40,081 bases of DNA from Raja brachyura (Eukaryota), in NCBI GenBank assembly GCA_963514005.1, contig OY740801.1, positions 22,839,920 through 22,880,000 on the forward strand. The letters are read 5' to 3'. Shown one piece after another: positions 22,535 through 33,439 of the stretch. Each line of letters begins with the position of its first letter. Positions within the stretch are counted from its first letter, which is position 1. Under the pieces are notes generated by a model that searched no databases, was not told the origin of the DNA, and saw only the letters and a program-made list of their open reading frames with translations. The position numbers were made by a program, and so were the translations under genes.

Positions 22535-23980
22535 ATATAGAGTCATAGATAGAGCTCGGAAACAGGCCCTTTGGCCCAATTCGCCCATACCGACCAACAT
22601 GCCCCATCCACACTAGTTCCACCTACCAGCCTTTGCCCCATATCCCTCTAAACCTTTCCAATCCACGTTCCTGTCCAAATGTTTTTTAAAGGTTGCTGTC
22701 TCAACTACCTCTTCTGGCAGTTCTTTCCATTTACCGACCAGCCTCTGTATGAAAAAGTTGCCCCTCAGGTTCCCATTAAATCTTTCCCGTCACCTTATGT
22801 CGATCCGGTTCTTGATTCCCCTACTCTGGGTAAAAGGCCCTGTGCATTCACCCTATCTATTCCCCTCATGATTTTATAAACCTTTATAAGATCAGCCCTC
22901 AGCTTCCTGCTCTCCAAGGAATAGAGCCCAAGCCTGCTCAACGTTTCCCTATAGATCAGGTCCTTAAGTCCTGACAACATCCTCGTAAATCTTCTCTGTA
23001 CTCTTTCTCGCTTAATAGAAACATAGAAACATAGAAATTAGGTGCAGGAGTAGGCCATTCGGCCCTTCGAGCCTGCACCACCATTCAATATGATCATGGC
23101 TGATCATCCAATTCAGTATCCCGTACCTGCCTTCTCTCCATACCCTCTGATCCCCTTAGCCACAAGGGCCACATCTAACTCCCTCTTAAATATAGCCAAT
23201 GAACTGGCCTCAACTACCCTCTGTGGCAGAGAGTTCCAGAGACCCACCACTCTCTGTGTGAAAAAAGTCTTTGTCATCTCGGTCTTAAAGGATTCCCCCC
23301 TTATCCTTAAGCTGTGACCCCTTGTCCTGGACCTCCCCAACATCGGGAACAATCTTCCTGCATCTAGCCTGTCCAACCCCTTAAGAATTTTGTACGTTTC
23401 TATAAGATCCCCTCTCAATCTCCTAAGTTCTAGAGAGTATAAACCGAGTCTATCCAGTCTTTGTTCATAAGACAGTCCTGACATCCCAGGAATCAGTCTG
23501 GTGAACCTTCTCTGCACTCCCTCTATGGCAATAATGTCCTTCCTCAGATTTGGAGACCAAAACTGTACGCAATACTCCAGGTGTGGTCTCACCAAGACCC
23601 TGTAAAACTGAAGTAGAACCTCCCTGCTCCTATACTCAAATCCTTTTGCTATGAAAGCTGACATACCATTAATAACATCTTTCCTGTAGCAGGATGGCGA
23701 AACTTGTACGTGATACCCCAAATGTGGCTTCAGAAATGTCCTGTAAAACTGTAGCATGATATCCTAACTTCTAACTCAATATCCTGATAAATAAAAGGCA
23801 ATGTACCGAACGCCTTTTTGACCACTCTACCTGTGGCACCACTTTCAAGGAACTCTGTCCTTGCAATCCTGGACCCCTCTGCCCAAAAACACTCCCCAGA
23901 GACCTGCCATTCACTGTGAAGTCCCAGCCCTGGGTTGGCTTCCCAAAGTGCAACATCTCATACTTATTTGCATTAAACCC
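22535..23980 (-). mobile_element. Older CR1 fragment split by a younger CR1
   Basis: RLGLYSLESRKLRADLIKVYKIMRG (22795-22980); continues at 23675-23980. Confidence 0.82.
23018..23668 (-). mobile_element. Young CR1 3' end with open ORF2 C-terminus and TTAATA TSD
   Basis: YRVLVRPHLEYCVQFWSP..GYGEKAGTGY; (TTTCTATG)n tail; TSD at 23012-23017 and 23669-23674. Confidence 0.93.
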
Positions 23981-23992
23981 CAGTTTAGTTTA

Positions 23993-24150
23993 TAGGAAAG
24001 AACCGCAGATGCTGGTTTTAATCGAAGGTAGACACAAAATGTTCGAGTAACTCAGCGGGACAGGCAGCAGACTGAAGAAGGGTCTCGACCCGAAACATCA
24101 CCCATTCCTGCTCTCCAGAGGTTCTACCTGTCCCGCAGAGTTACTCCAGA
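23993..24150. mobile_element. Inverted Penelope-like terminal repeats with hammerhead core
   Basis: ctgaagaagggtctcgacccgaaacatc flanked by inverted arms. Confidence 0.82.
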
Positions 24151-24479
24151 TTAGTTAGTTGAGTTTATTGTCACGTGGGCCGAGGTACAGTGAAAAGTTT
24201 TTTTGTGGAGTGCTATCCAGTCAGCGGGAAGACTGTACACGATTCCAATCAAGCTGTCCCTAGTGTACATATGCAGGATAAAGGGAATAACATTAACCAC
24301 TCCTAAGCTCACATGCCCAATACCATGCACCATGAACATGCAACATCAGATTCAGATTCAGATTCAGATTCAATTTTAATTGTCATTATCAGTGTACAGT
24401 ACAGAGACAACGAAATGCATCCGTGACCAACACAAACATGCTCCATGCACCTCCTCTCTTTCCTCAGGACTGGGAGCCT

Positions 24480-24607
24480 CAAGAAACTCAGCGGGTCAGG
24501 CAGTATCTGTGAAGGGAATAGACAGACAACGTTTCAGGTTGGGACCTTTCTTCTTCTGAAGAGTCCTGACCTGAAGTATGTCTGTCTATTCCCTCTGTGG
24601 ACACTGC
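24480..24607. mobile_element. Inverted Penelope-like terminal repeats (old)
   Basis: agggaatagacagac and gtctgtctattccct. Confidence 0.7.
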
Positions 24608-24809
24608 AAAACCATTGTTCAGTGCGGATGAAATCCTTCCGCTGCCTTGGGTTAGAATCTGGCTGGCTAGGATTATGTTCCTTGGAGCGCAGGGAGCTGA
24701 GAGGTGATGATAATGAGATGTATAATGAGGGAATATCTAGGGTGAATGCACAGTTGTTTCCCCAGGGTGGGGGAATCAGGAACCAGGTTGGCCAGTGGAT
24801 GTCTGCCGT

Positions 24810-25250
24810 GCCTGTGAGAGTGTACACCCTCCGTCACTGGCAGCTGCCAGCCTCGCCAGTCCGTGCCCCGCACCGTGAGGGCGGGGGGCTTGCGCCAGGG
24901 GTTTATGGTGTACGGGTCAAGGTCCCTGCCATGGCACGGCCCGGCACAGCCGCAGATTGGTGCTGCGGCCGAGCGAAGCATGGTGCGCTGGTAAGGTGAC
25001 ATTACGCAGTCACTGAGCCTAGGGTGGCAATCAGAGGCACCTCGTGGTCTCCGTTCCAACTTCAAAGCATCGCAGATAAAGGGATAATTAATACCATCCT
25101 AATCCCCCGCTCCTCTCCGCACAGTGGAATGAGGGGAGCTAAGCTGCTCAGAGTCCCGCATTTCCCGGGGAAGTGGATATGTTAGGTCGGGATTTAATCC
25201 GTCTCTAGACGGGCCACTCTACGACACCAACAGCTGCGGGCCACTCTGAT
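24810..25250 (-). pseudogene. Dynein-like block
   Basis: QLLVS*SG..GLNPDLTYPLPREMRDSEQL vs [45 protein letters not shown] vs LAEYQRVKSKIPAAI; PALTV vs AALTW. Confidence 0.7.
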
Positions 25251-25654
25251 GTCAGATCGATAAAACAATATCAAACTCAGTCCCTTTCATCTGTATTCAG
25301 AATTCAGTGTCTGAATTCAGCTCCCCTGTCACTCACAGGCCAAGGGCATCAGACCTGGGCAGCAGTGTGGGGAGGAGAGGGAGGAGAGAGAAGAGGGAAG
25401 GGAGAAGAAGATGGAGGAAGGTGGACAGGAGGCAGGGAGGAGCGGGTTGAGGAGAGAGGGGAAGAAAGGAGGAGAAGGGAGGGGAAGGAGGGAAGTTGAA
25501 CAAAACTGTGGGGAGGAAGGAGGAGGCACAGGACTGGGGGGGGGGGGAGAGGGTCCACACGCTAACCCCGTTAAGCCTCTCAACAACAGTTGGTTTTTCA
25601 ATGAGACCACCTCTCATAGTTCTGTCTGTGAGGGTGAGGCCTCATCCGCCATAT

Positions 25655-25830
25655 CCTCCCTCAAGTGCAAACCTCCTCCCAGGGGTCCCGCTCCTCCTGC
25701 CGTCCCTGCTCCACCATTGCCACCTCACTGGCAGTGTCCTTCATTCCCCGTGGTGCTGATGGCTGCAACAACCTGCTCACGTGCCGCCGCTGCAGCCTCT
25801 CCATGGCACTCCCAGCTCTCCGCACTGTGG
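25655..25830 (-). pseudogene. Dynein-like block
   Basis: AMERLQRRH..TASEVAMVE..WEEV vs PMQLFQQH..MAKVLLEFE..IEEI. Confidence 0.5.
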
Positions 25831-25884
25831 ACTTGAGCTGTGCACGCCGCCCAAACCATGCTCACTCCACCGGTGCCTTCAACA

Positions 25885-26565
25885 ATCCTCCACACCTCAG
25901 GTTCCTCAGCGAGAATACCTCCAACCATTTGTCCTGGACTAATCACACAGACGTTTACAACTACAGGAGCACACCGACCGACGCCTCGACTTCCTCAGCA
26001 GACTAAGGAAGTCGGGCAAGTCTCCAATGAATCTCAACGGCTTCTACTGCTGAACCATAGAAAGCATATTATGGGGATGCATCATAGTGTGGTTTGGGAA
26101 CCGATCTCTCCAAGACCACAAGAGGATGCAGGGCTGTGAATGTAGCCCAGTCCATCACACAGACCAGACTCCCCACCATTGATTCCATCTACACTTCACG
26201 CTGCCTCAGGAAAGCAGCCAACATAATCAAGGACCGTTCACACCCCGGTAATTCCCTCTTCCTTCTCTCCCGTTGGGCCTACGATATGGACCACCAGAGT
26301 CAGGAACAGCTTCTTCCTCGCTGTTATCAGACTACTGGTTATCTTCCCATAATCTAGGCTGCAGTCCCCATCTCCCAACCCACCTCATTGCAGACATTGC
26401 TACATGCTACAATGCTGTAACGCTATATTCTGCATTCTGGTATATTTCTCATTGTGCTACCTGTCGTACTGTGCATAGCTTGATTGTACTCATTGCTGGT
26501 ACGATTTGAGTGGAAAACATGAAAACAAAGCTTTTTACTCTATGTCGGAATACGTAATAAATCAG
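25885..26565 (+). mobile_element. Rex1/Babar LINE 3' fragment
   Basis: RFL..NHLSWTNH..RLDFLSRLRK..AQSITQTRLPTIDSIYTSRCLRKAANIIKDRSHPG. Confidence 0.88.
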
Positions 26566-26929
26566 TTCCTATCGCAGTCAGCGTCCATGCTCCCCACTCT
26601 GTGCCTCAGTAACGCGACTATCCTGCTCCTCTTTTTATCCCTGGTGTTTATCCCTGTACTTTTTGAAGGTGCGTGCAGGTACACTTAAACCTCTCTCCTC
26701 CACGCTACTTATTACCTCCCCATCCATCGAGTACTCGCCTGCCTCACTGCAGCCGCAAGATTCAGATTCAGATTCAAACTTTATTGTCATTGTGCAGTGT
26801 ACAAGTACAGAGACAACGAAATGCAGTAACATTTCACCCCCAAGCATCCTTCACCCCCGCGTCTCTGCCCAGCTGCCCGCCACGTCCACCCCAGACCCTG
26901 TCCTGTGTCATGGCCCCTGTGCCCAGCTC

Positions 26930-27132
26930 CAGCGCTTGTCTGCCTCAAGAAGCAATAGCTGACACCGATCCCACAGAGCCCCACAGGGCAGTGCAACCTC
27001 TGCTGCCTCCCATGGAGCTGGCTTGGGATCCAATTTGCCACCCCCCCCCCCCCCCCGGATCCAACGTCTCTGACATACTGCATCACGCCGGCCTGACAGC
27101 AATACAGTATTCTTGACGGCCATGTATTTGAT
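26930..27132 (-). pseudogene. Dynein-like block
   Basis: Preceded by a tttttaag acceptor-like site. VMQYVRDV vs LENYGADI; KLDPKPAP..GALWDRCQLL vs KYDPPLAR..KILWARQLF. Confidence 0.55.
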
Positions 27133-27189
27133 CTTAAAAATAACACAGCGATAAAATCCAATTATCTAAGCTCACGTTACCTCGTCTGA

Positions 27190-27247
27190 CAGAGAGAGAG
27201 CGAGAGAGAGAGACGGAGAGGGGGAAGCAAGAGAGGGACGGAGAGTA

Positions 27248-27292
<45 letters not shown>

Positions 27293-27336
27293 GTGGTGTG
27301 AGGGGGAAGGGAGAGGTAGAGGGAGAGAGAGAGAGA
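27190..27336. repeat. (GA)n microsatellite / purine tract
   Basis: Direct observation. Confidence 0.9.
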
Positions 27337-27791
27337 AATACACAGAAAGAACACAGAACAGTAGCACAGGCCCTTAAGTCCACAATGTCTATGCCAAACA
27401 TGATGCCAAGTTATACTAATCTCCTCTGCCTGTATGTGAGCCATATCCCTCCATTCACTGCATCTGAAAGACTCTTAAACTCCGCCATGATATCTCCAAC
27501 ACCACCCTCGGCGTAGGCACTGGATATGAATTAGAACAATGAAATTCTCCCTTGCTGCAGCTTTACAGACACATTGGACCCAACAACAACAAATCTACAT
27601 AACTAAAGGTCTCATCTTGACCACTTCCTGTATGCGCTGTATTTTGATTTTAGAATAAATACTACCATATACCGCTCTGATGTTTGGCCATCTTACTCAC
27701 TGTCCTCCTCTGCTGAGGCAGCACAGAGGATTTTTCCGATCGATGAAAAATAAAAAGGTTATGAGTGTTTAAAAAATCTTGAGATCAGTTG

Positions 27792-27890
27792 ATTGGTCCT
27801 CTCGCCTGTCAATCACCCCGATGAAGGTAACGCCCCTTCCGGGGGTGGGGCAGGACTATAAATCCCTGGATGCCTGGACGTGAGTCAGTC
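27792..27890 (+). promoter_or_regulatory. Candidate Pol II core promoter in the Helitron
   Basis: ATTGG at 27792, GGGGTGGGGC at about 27842, TATAAA at 27857, Inr-like TCAGTC with A at 27887 (30 nt after the TATA T), TGAGTCA at 27881. Confidence 0.4.
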
Positions 27891-28039
27891 ACTCTAGAAA
27901 GTCACAAGGGAGAGTCCATAGCTGTGATTCTAAGGTGTGAATCAACTGAACTGTGAGTCTGCAATGCCAGTGGTTGGGGGGGGGGGGGGGGGGGGGGTGC
28001 TTTCTGGAGCGCTAGTATGGGTGTTGTGGGCTGAAGGAA

Positions 28040-28382
28040 CAGGCCACCAAATTCAATTTCATAGCATTTCAAGCAGAGCGCAGGCCACCACATTCAATTT
28101 CATAGCATTTTAAGCGGAGTGCAGACCACCAAATTCAATTTCATAGCATTTCAAGTAGAGTGTAGGCCACCACATTCAATTTCATAGCATTTCAAGTGGA
28201 GTGCAGACCACCACATTCAATTTCATAGCATTTCAGGCAGAGTGCAGGCCTCTACGTTCAATTTCATAGCATTTCAGGCAGAGTGCACGCCACCACATTC
28301 AATTTCATAGCATTTCAGGCCGAGTGCAGGCCTCCACACTCAATTTCATAGCATTTCATAGCAGAGTGCAGGCCACCAAATT
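28040..28382. repeat. 41-bp minisatellite inside the Helitron, about 8 copies
   Basis: CAGGCCACCACATTCAATTTCATAGCATTTCAAGCAGAGTG units at 28040, 28081, 28122 and onward. Confidence 0.95.
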
Positions 28383-28580
28383 GCCAAACAACTCATTGCA
28401 TTGTCATTAAGGGCTAACAAATCATTTATTACAAGTAGCTGGCAGCTCAGTTACTCAGGGCTGGTGGACTTGCAATTCACTCATGGCTATTCCTTGAAAT
28501 TGGTGGAGAGGTGGAATATTGCATTAGGGGACCAGCCCTCCCATGTGAACATGGGACCCAATGGGTCCCACTTAGTCTAG

Positions 28581-28840
28581 TATACAATACATTGTCAATT
28601 ATTATCAAGAAGCCAGACCATGATTGTGCAAAGGCTAAAGTACGGAGAGCTCCCACAGTGGTGCAGTCTGTAGTGTTTCAGTGCTGAGGGAAGGAGGTGG
28701 TCTATTTTGTGCACAGTGGTTTAAGAACTTGATGGGTGCTGGGAAGACGCAGATCTTGAACTTAGAGGTCACAGTTCTCAGGCTCATGTATTTTCTTCTC
28801 GACATAGCAGCGAGATGAGAATGTCACCAGGGTGGTGGGC
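28581..28840 (-). mobile_element. Rex1-type LINE 3' remnant (Helitron host)
   Basis: Reverse complement gives HHPGDIL..RRKYMSLRTVTSKFKI-like peptide. Confidence 0.6.
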
Positions 28841-28854
28841 ATTATATTTAGTGA

Positions 28855-29185
28855 CCATTCTCGAGTTTGACTACCATTCAGCACCCAGCTTTTGACCTAA
28901 GGAACATTTGAGTTAATTTTCAAAACCATATCAAAAAATCTACCATTTCATTAATAGTAATCTGAAGGCCCGTGTTATGACAACATTGACTTGAGACCTT
29001 GAGCTTTTTAGATGCTTATTTCTGGATGTTGGTTCATCGGGCACTGCAGTTTTAGTTGGGAGTTCTTGCCCTCAAAGAGGACGGCTGTCTGTTTGACCTG
29101 TAGATACAGACCCAACGAGATGCCCTGCCAAGTGTATTCGAATTATGACCTGTCATCATGTTAACCTGTCTCCGACAGTTCAAAC
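28855..29185 (-). pseudogene. Dynein-like block
   Basis: LFELSET vs QFDFSEM; NEMVDF/DMVLKINSN vs NELRKFMDVTFAKIQN; frameshifted. Confidence 0.6.
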
Positions 29186-29194
29186 AGTGCCTAA

Positions 29195-29490
29195 AGACCA
29201 TAAGACAATGAAGCAGAATTAGGTCATTCAGCCCGTCGTGTCTGCTCTGCCATTCAATCATGGATGATCTATTTTTTCCTCCCAACTCCATTCTCCTGCC
29301 TTCTCCCTGTTTCACAGACTCCATAGATTCACAACACTCTGGCTAAAGAAATTCCTCCTCATCTCCATTCTAAGTGTATGTCCTTTATCTTAAGGCTGTG
29401 CCCTCAGGTTCCGGACTTTCCCATAACTGGAAAAATCCTCTCCACATCCACTCCATCTGGGCCTTTCATTATCCGGGAGGCTTCAATGAG
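29195..29490 (-). mobile_element. CR1 LINE 3' fragment
   Basis: CR1 tail and end of ORF2. Confidence 0.8.
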
Positions 29491-29671
29491 CCACTTGAGT
29501 GTTGGTTTAATGCATTTATGTCCAACATCAAAGGGACGCGGGGTCCAGTCAGGAGTGTTGTAGCTCAGCACCGGTCGTGGCTTGCCGTTCCCCCAGGGTG
29601 ACCTCCCTCCTCACCTTCCCCAGTGCCGTCAACAGTTTCAGATCGGCCCTTCGCCAGTGGCTGCAGGGTCT

Positions 29672-30435
29672 CATAAGATCATAAGAAATAGGAGCAGAAT
29701 TAATCCATTCAGCCCATCTAGCCTACACCACCATTCAATCATGGCTGATGTATCTCTCCCTCCTAACCCCATTCTCCTGCAATCTCCCCATAATCTCTGA
29801 CACCTGCCCTAATCAAGAATCTATCTATACCTGCCTTAAATATATCTACTGACTTTGTCTCCACAGCCTTCTGTGGAAAATAATTCCACTGATTCACCAT
29901 CCTCTGACTAAAGAAAATCCTCCTCATCTGCCTAAAAGAACGTCCTGTAATTCTGAGGCTATGACCTCTCGTCCTAGACTCTCCCGCTAGTGGATGCATC
30001 CTCTCCATATCCACTCTATCCAAGCCTTTCACTATTCTGTATGTTTCAATGAGGTCCCCTCTCATTCTTCTGAACTCCAGCGAGTACAGGCCCAGTGCCA
30101 TCAACCGCTCATCATATCTTAACCTGGGATCATTCTTGTAAACCTCCTCTGTACCCTCTCCAGAGCCAGCACATCCTTCCTCAGATATGGGGCCCAAAAT
30201 TGCTCACAATAATCCAAATGCGGCCTTACCGGCTTTATAGAGCCTCAGCATTACATCCTTCATTTTGTATACAAGCCCAATCAAAATAAATGCTAGCGTT
30301 GCTTTGGCTTTCATTACTACCGATTCGACTTGCAGATTAACTTTTTGGGAATCCTGCACCAGCACCAAGTCCCTCTGCACCTCGGATTTCTTGATTCTCT
30401 CTCCATTTAGATAATAATCTACGCCTCCATTCACC
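29672..30435 (-). mobile_element. CR1 LINE 3' fragment
   Basis: YDERLMALGLYSLEFRRMRGDLIETYRI; SEVQRDL..SQKVNLQV. Confidence 0.92.
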
Positions 30436-30699
30436 CGAGGGCAGATTGGGGAGCCCACTCCATCTTCACCCTCACACCACCTGTTGCAGGGTTCACTGGC
30501 TCACAAACCTGGTTCTTCATTTCCCCCACAAATGCACAAACAAAGGCAGCCCTCGGGGCAGAGAGTCAGACAGCACGGGCACAGGCCCTTCGGCCCAACA
30601 CATCCATGCCAACACCCCAGCTAAGCTAGTTTGACATATCCCTCTAAACTGTCCCCACCCGTGTGAACGTGGAGCATGGAGCAGAGGCAGTGATCGCAA

Positions 30700-31496
30700 C
30701 AGTCGTGGTCTGACTGCGCCAGGTTGAGTCTGCCTGCGTTTGTGGTACACACTCATTCTGTACTGTGACGCCGAGGTCAACACAACAAGGTCATGTGCTT
30801 ACTAACGCACCGCGTGTAACCTCACCCACCACACGCGAACACGCCAGTGACACACTCCCGGCCTTTCTCCGGTAATGTGCGAGTGTGTACACACTGCAGG
30901 CTCCCGCTTATCAGAGTTTTATAATGTGCCCTTTAAAATTTTTGTGGTACATATTTCTCTTTGGGTGAGGGATTTCAGTGTTGTAAAAAGAAATACTTGT
31001 GCAATTTTCCACCCACAAGTTCTTGGCCGCCGTCCAGTAGAGCTGGACAGTTAACTCTTTGTAGTCCCTGCCGCTGCCTGTCCTGTTACTGCGAGCGTCT
31101 GCAGTGTGGGAGGGGGGAGGTACAATCTCTGCTTGGTGTGAGTGGGTGCTTCAAACCCTCTGTTCTCTCAAGTTCAGAAAACGAAGCAGGAGGAGGCCAT
31201 TCGGCCTCTGCCGCGATGCTGTTCCACTCGGGAAGGCCAGGCTGAGCCTCCGGCATTGTGGCAACTGAGAGCAGACTCCTGGTGCGGGGTGGTAAGGCTG
31301 AGGTGGGACCCTCGGCTCTGCACCAGGGGGCGCGCCTGGGGTACCCAGCGGCACGGGGGTGGGCGGTCTGATCCACGCCCACCACCGCTGGAGTGGACCC
31401 TGCAGGCTCTCCACCCCGACAGTCGTGGGTCAGTGATTCCCAACATGACCTTTCGTCACGGAGGGTCTGGACATGACCTTGAACTTTTCCCTCCAT
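30700..31496 (-). pseudogene. Long (~800 bp) uninterrupted dynein-like block, DHC_N1 tail
   Basis: In order: MEGKVQ; AHPRA (VGPRA); RSLLSVA..LPEWNS (KAVLAVL..LKTWRE); ERTEGLKHPLTPSRDCTSPL (EAKDNVKYLYTLEKCCDPL); SISFYNTE; HIIKL**A (QIISACKA); HITGERPGVCHW (YITNNGTASIW); QYRMSVYHKRRQ (EYQLCFHKTKQ). Confidence 0.8.
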
Positions 31497-31509
31497 GACT
31501 GAGCTTGGG

Positions 31510-31675
31510 GCTGGAGGAACAACAGACCAGGCAGTTCTGTGGAGGGAACGGATAGGCCATGTTCTTCTTCAGACTGAAGAAGGATCCCGATCTGAAACGT
31601 TGTCTGACCGTCCCCTCCACAGGTGCTGCCTGACCTGCTGGGTTTTGCCTGAGATTCCAGCGCCTGCAGTCTCCT
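31510..31675. mobile_element. Inverted Penelope-like terminal repeats
   Basis: ttcttcagactgaagaa centre; tgtggaggg and cccctccaca arms. Confidence 0.75.
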
Positions 31676-32039
31676 ACCTCGTGGGACAGAGGGGCAGTTT
31701 CAGAATGCTTAACGCTGGGGGAGTGAAGGAGATGGTATGCCAAGAGTGGAGATTGTGTGGCTGAGGCCTCAGTGTGGGGACAGGGCAGGGACCTGTATTG
31801 TTGACCTGTACTATTGTATTGGAGTGGTCCGTGGAGATGGTGCAGGCTGTATCTTTCCAGGGCACTGAGCTCCGCGTGAGGTCTGGCTCGGAGAGGGTCC
31901 GCTGCCTGCTGGTCCTGGAGCTTAGTGCTTGATCTTCAAACGTTTGTTTCCACGTCCGACCCAAGGGCTGCGCTGGCAAGCTGACAGCGAGGGTGAATTC
32001 CCTCATCAATGCTTGCCCTCACCGAGAGGTGGCTCCCAT

Positions 32040-32150
32040 AAAATTGATGGCTGGTGTTTTGTAAACTGCCACAAAGGCAGTTTTAATCGTGTTACTTTTT
32101 TGTCCATTTGTTTTGTTTCTGAATAAAAGTATTTGTATTCAAAAAAAGAA
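32040..32150 (+). mobile_element. Tx1-type 3' UTR and A-tail
   Basis: Matches the reverse complement of 21253-21340 (caaaggcagtttt..ctgaataaaagtatttgtatt). Confidence 0.82.
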
Positions 32151-33439
32151 AAAGAAAGGAAGAGAAAAAAAAATGGCACGGGGAATGCCCACTATTCAGC
32201 AGGTCTGGAGTTCAGAGAACAACTCTGGGAGCTTCTAGAGTAGGCTGTTGGAGGACACACGTTTGAGGTGGTCTCTGGTACCTCAGTCCTGGCTGCGGGT
32301 GGGCAGAACTGCCAGTCTCTCTGTCAATCAGCTCCACAGAAGAGCAAGAGCCTCTCTGGACCTCACAAAGACCTTGACTGGGTCTACAGGAAGAGGCCAT
32401 GGATACCCTGTCCCAAAGTGCACTCAATTTTACCTAAGATGGAGGCAGTAACACTGGGGGCACCAGAGGGGGTTTTCCAGACTAACTCCCGGCCAGGGAG
32501 GATTGTCCTATGAATAGAGGCTCAGCAATTTGGGTGTGTGCTCCTTGAGGGTTTGAGGGGCCGAGTGGCCTGCTGCTAGCCCTGCTCCTACAGTTCATGT
32601 TCGGTTCCGGCCACTCTCCTATCGATGTGACACAGGCAGGCAGCCAGTGAAACATGCGCCCATGGCAGGCCTCACAGTGACCTCTGCTTCATCAGCCAGC
32701 ATTTTCACCCCAACACTCTCCTCAGTCTGTCTCACCACAATACAGGCATGCCTCCCTGACCTCCCAGTCACTCCATTTCCCAAGACCCCCACCTCAACAG
32801 CTGGACATCGACATTGTCAGAAGACCCACAACTCCCAAGCAAACGGCCCTTCCCATCCCAGCCCTACATGGCGAAGCATTCACCCCAACAGTCTGCTCCT
32901 TATTCTATCCTCCCCAGCCAAGTGTGGTCCCAATCTCCCAACCTACCCGACTCCTGACCTTGCACTTTTTAAATATCTGCACTTTCTCTGTAACGGTAAT
33001 GCTATAACAATATATTCACCATTCTGATATTTTTTCTTCGCACTACCAGTTCTAATGTACAACTTGATTGCACTGATGTGTGGTATGATTTGACCGGATA
33101 GGACGCAAATAAAGCTTTTCATTGCATGTTGGTACACATGACATTTATAAACCAACGGTAGTACTGAGGCACAGCACAGACAACAGCCTTTCAAAGCTGA
33201 GCCTTGAAAAAAGACATTTTAGGTGCAGACTAGTCTTTGTTGCTCCGTCCATCCCTCTTCCATCCATTCCTTCATCACTCTTCCCTTCATTCCTTCTCCA
33301 TCCATCTCCCTGTGCCTGTGTGCGTATCTTACCATCTTTCTCCCCCGTGTTATGAAATCCCACCGTCCTGTCATGATGCCATGGTTTAATATAAAAACAA
33401 AGAATTCTGGAAACACTCAGCGGGTCAGGCCGCATCTCC

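Larger units (their letters stand above)
27594..28580 (+). mobile_element. Non-autonomous Helitron
   Basis: 5' TC(TACATAACTAAA) after A; 3' hairpin TGGGACCCA-A-TGGGTCCCA (28552-28570), then CTAG followed by T; no TSD. Confidence 0.88.

Noticed and set aside
23113-23757. 214-aa ORF as a gene
   Set aside because: It is a CR1 ORF2 C-terminus fused by chance to an older CR1 fragment.
28040-28382. CRISPR-like array
   Set aside because: Head-to-tail 41-mers with no unique spacers, no cas genes and a eukaryotic context.
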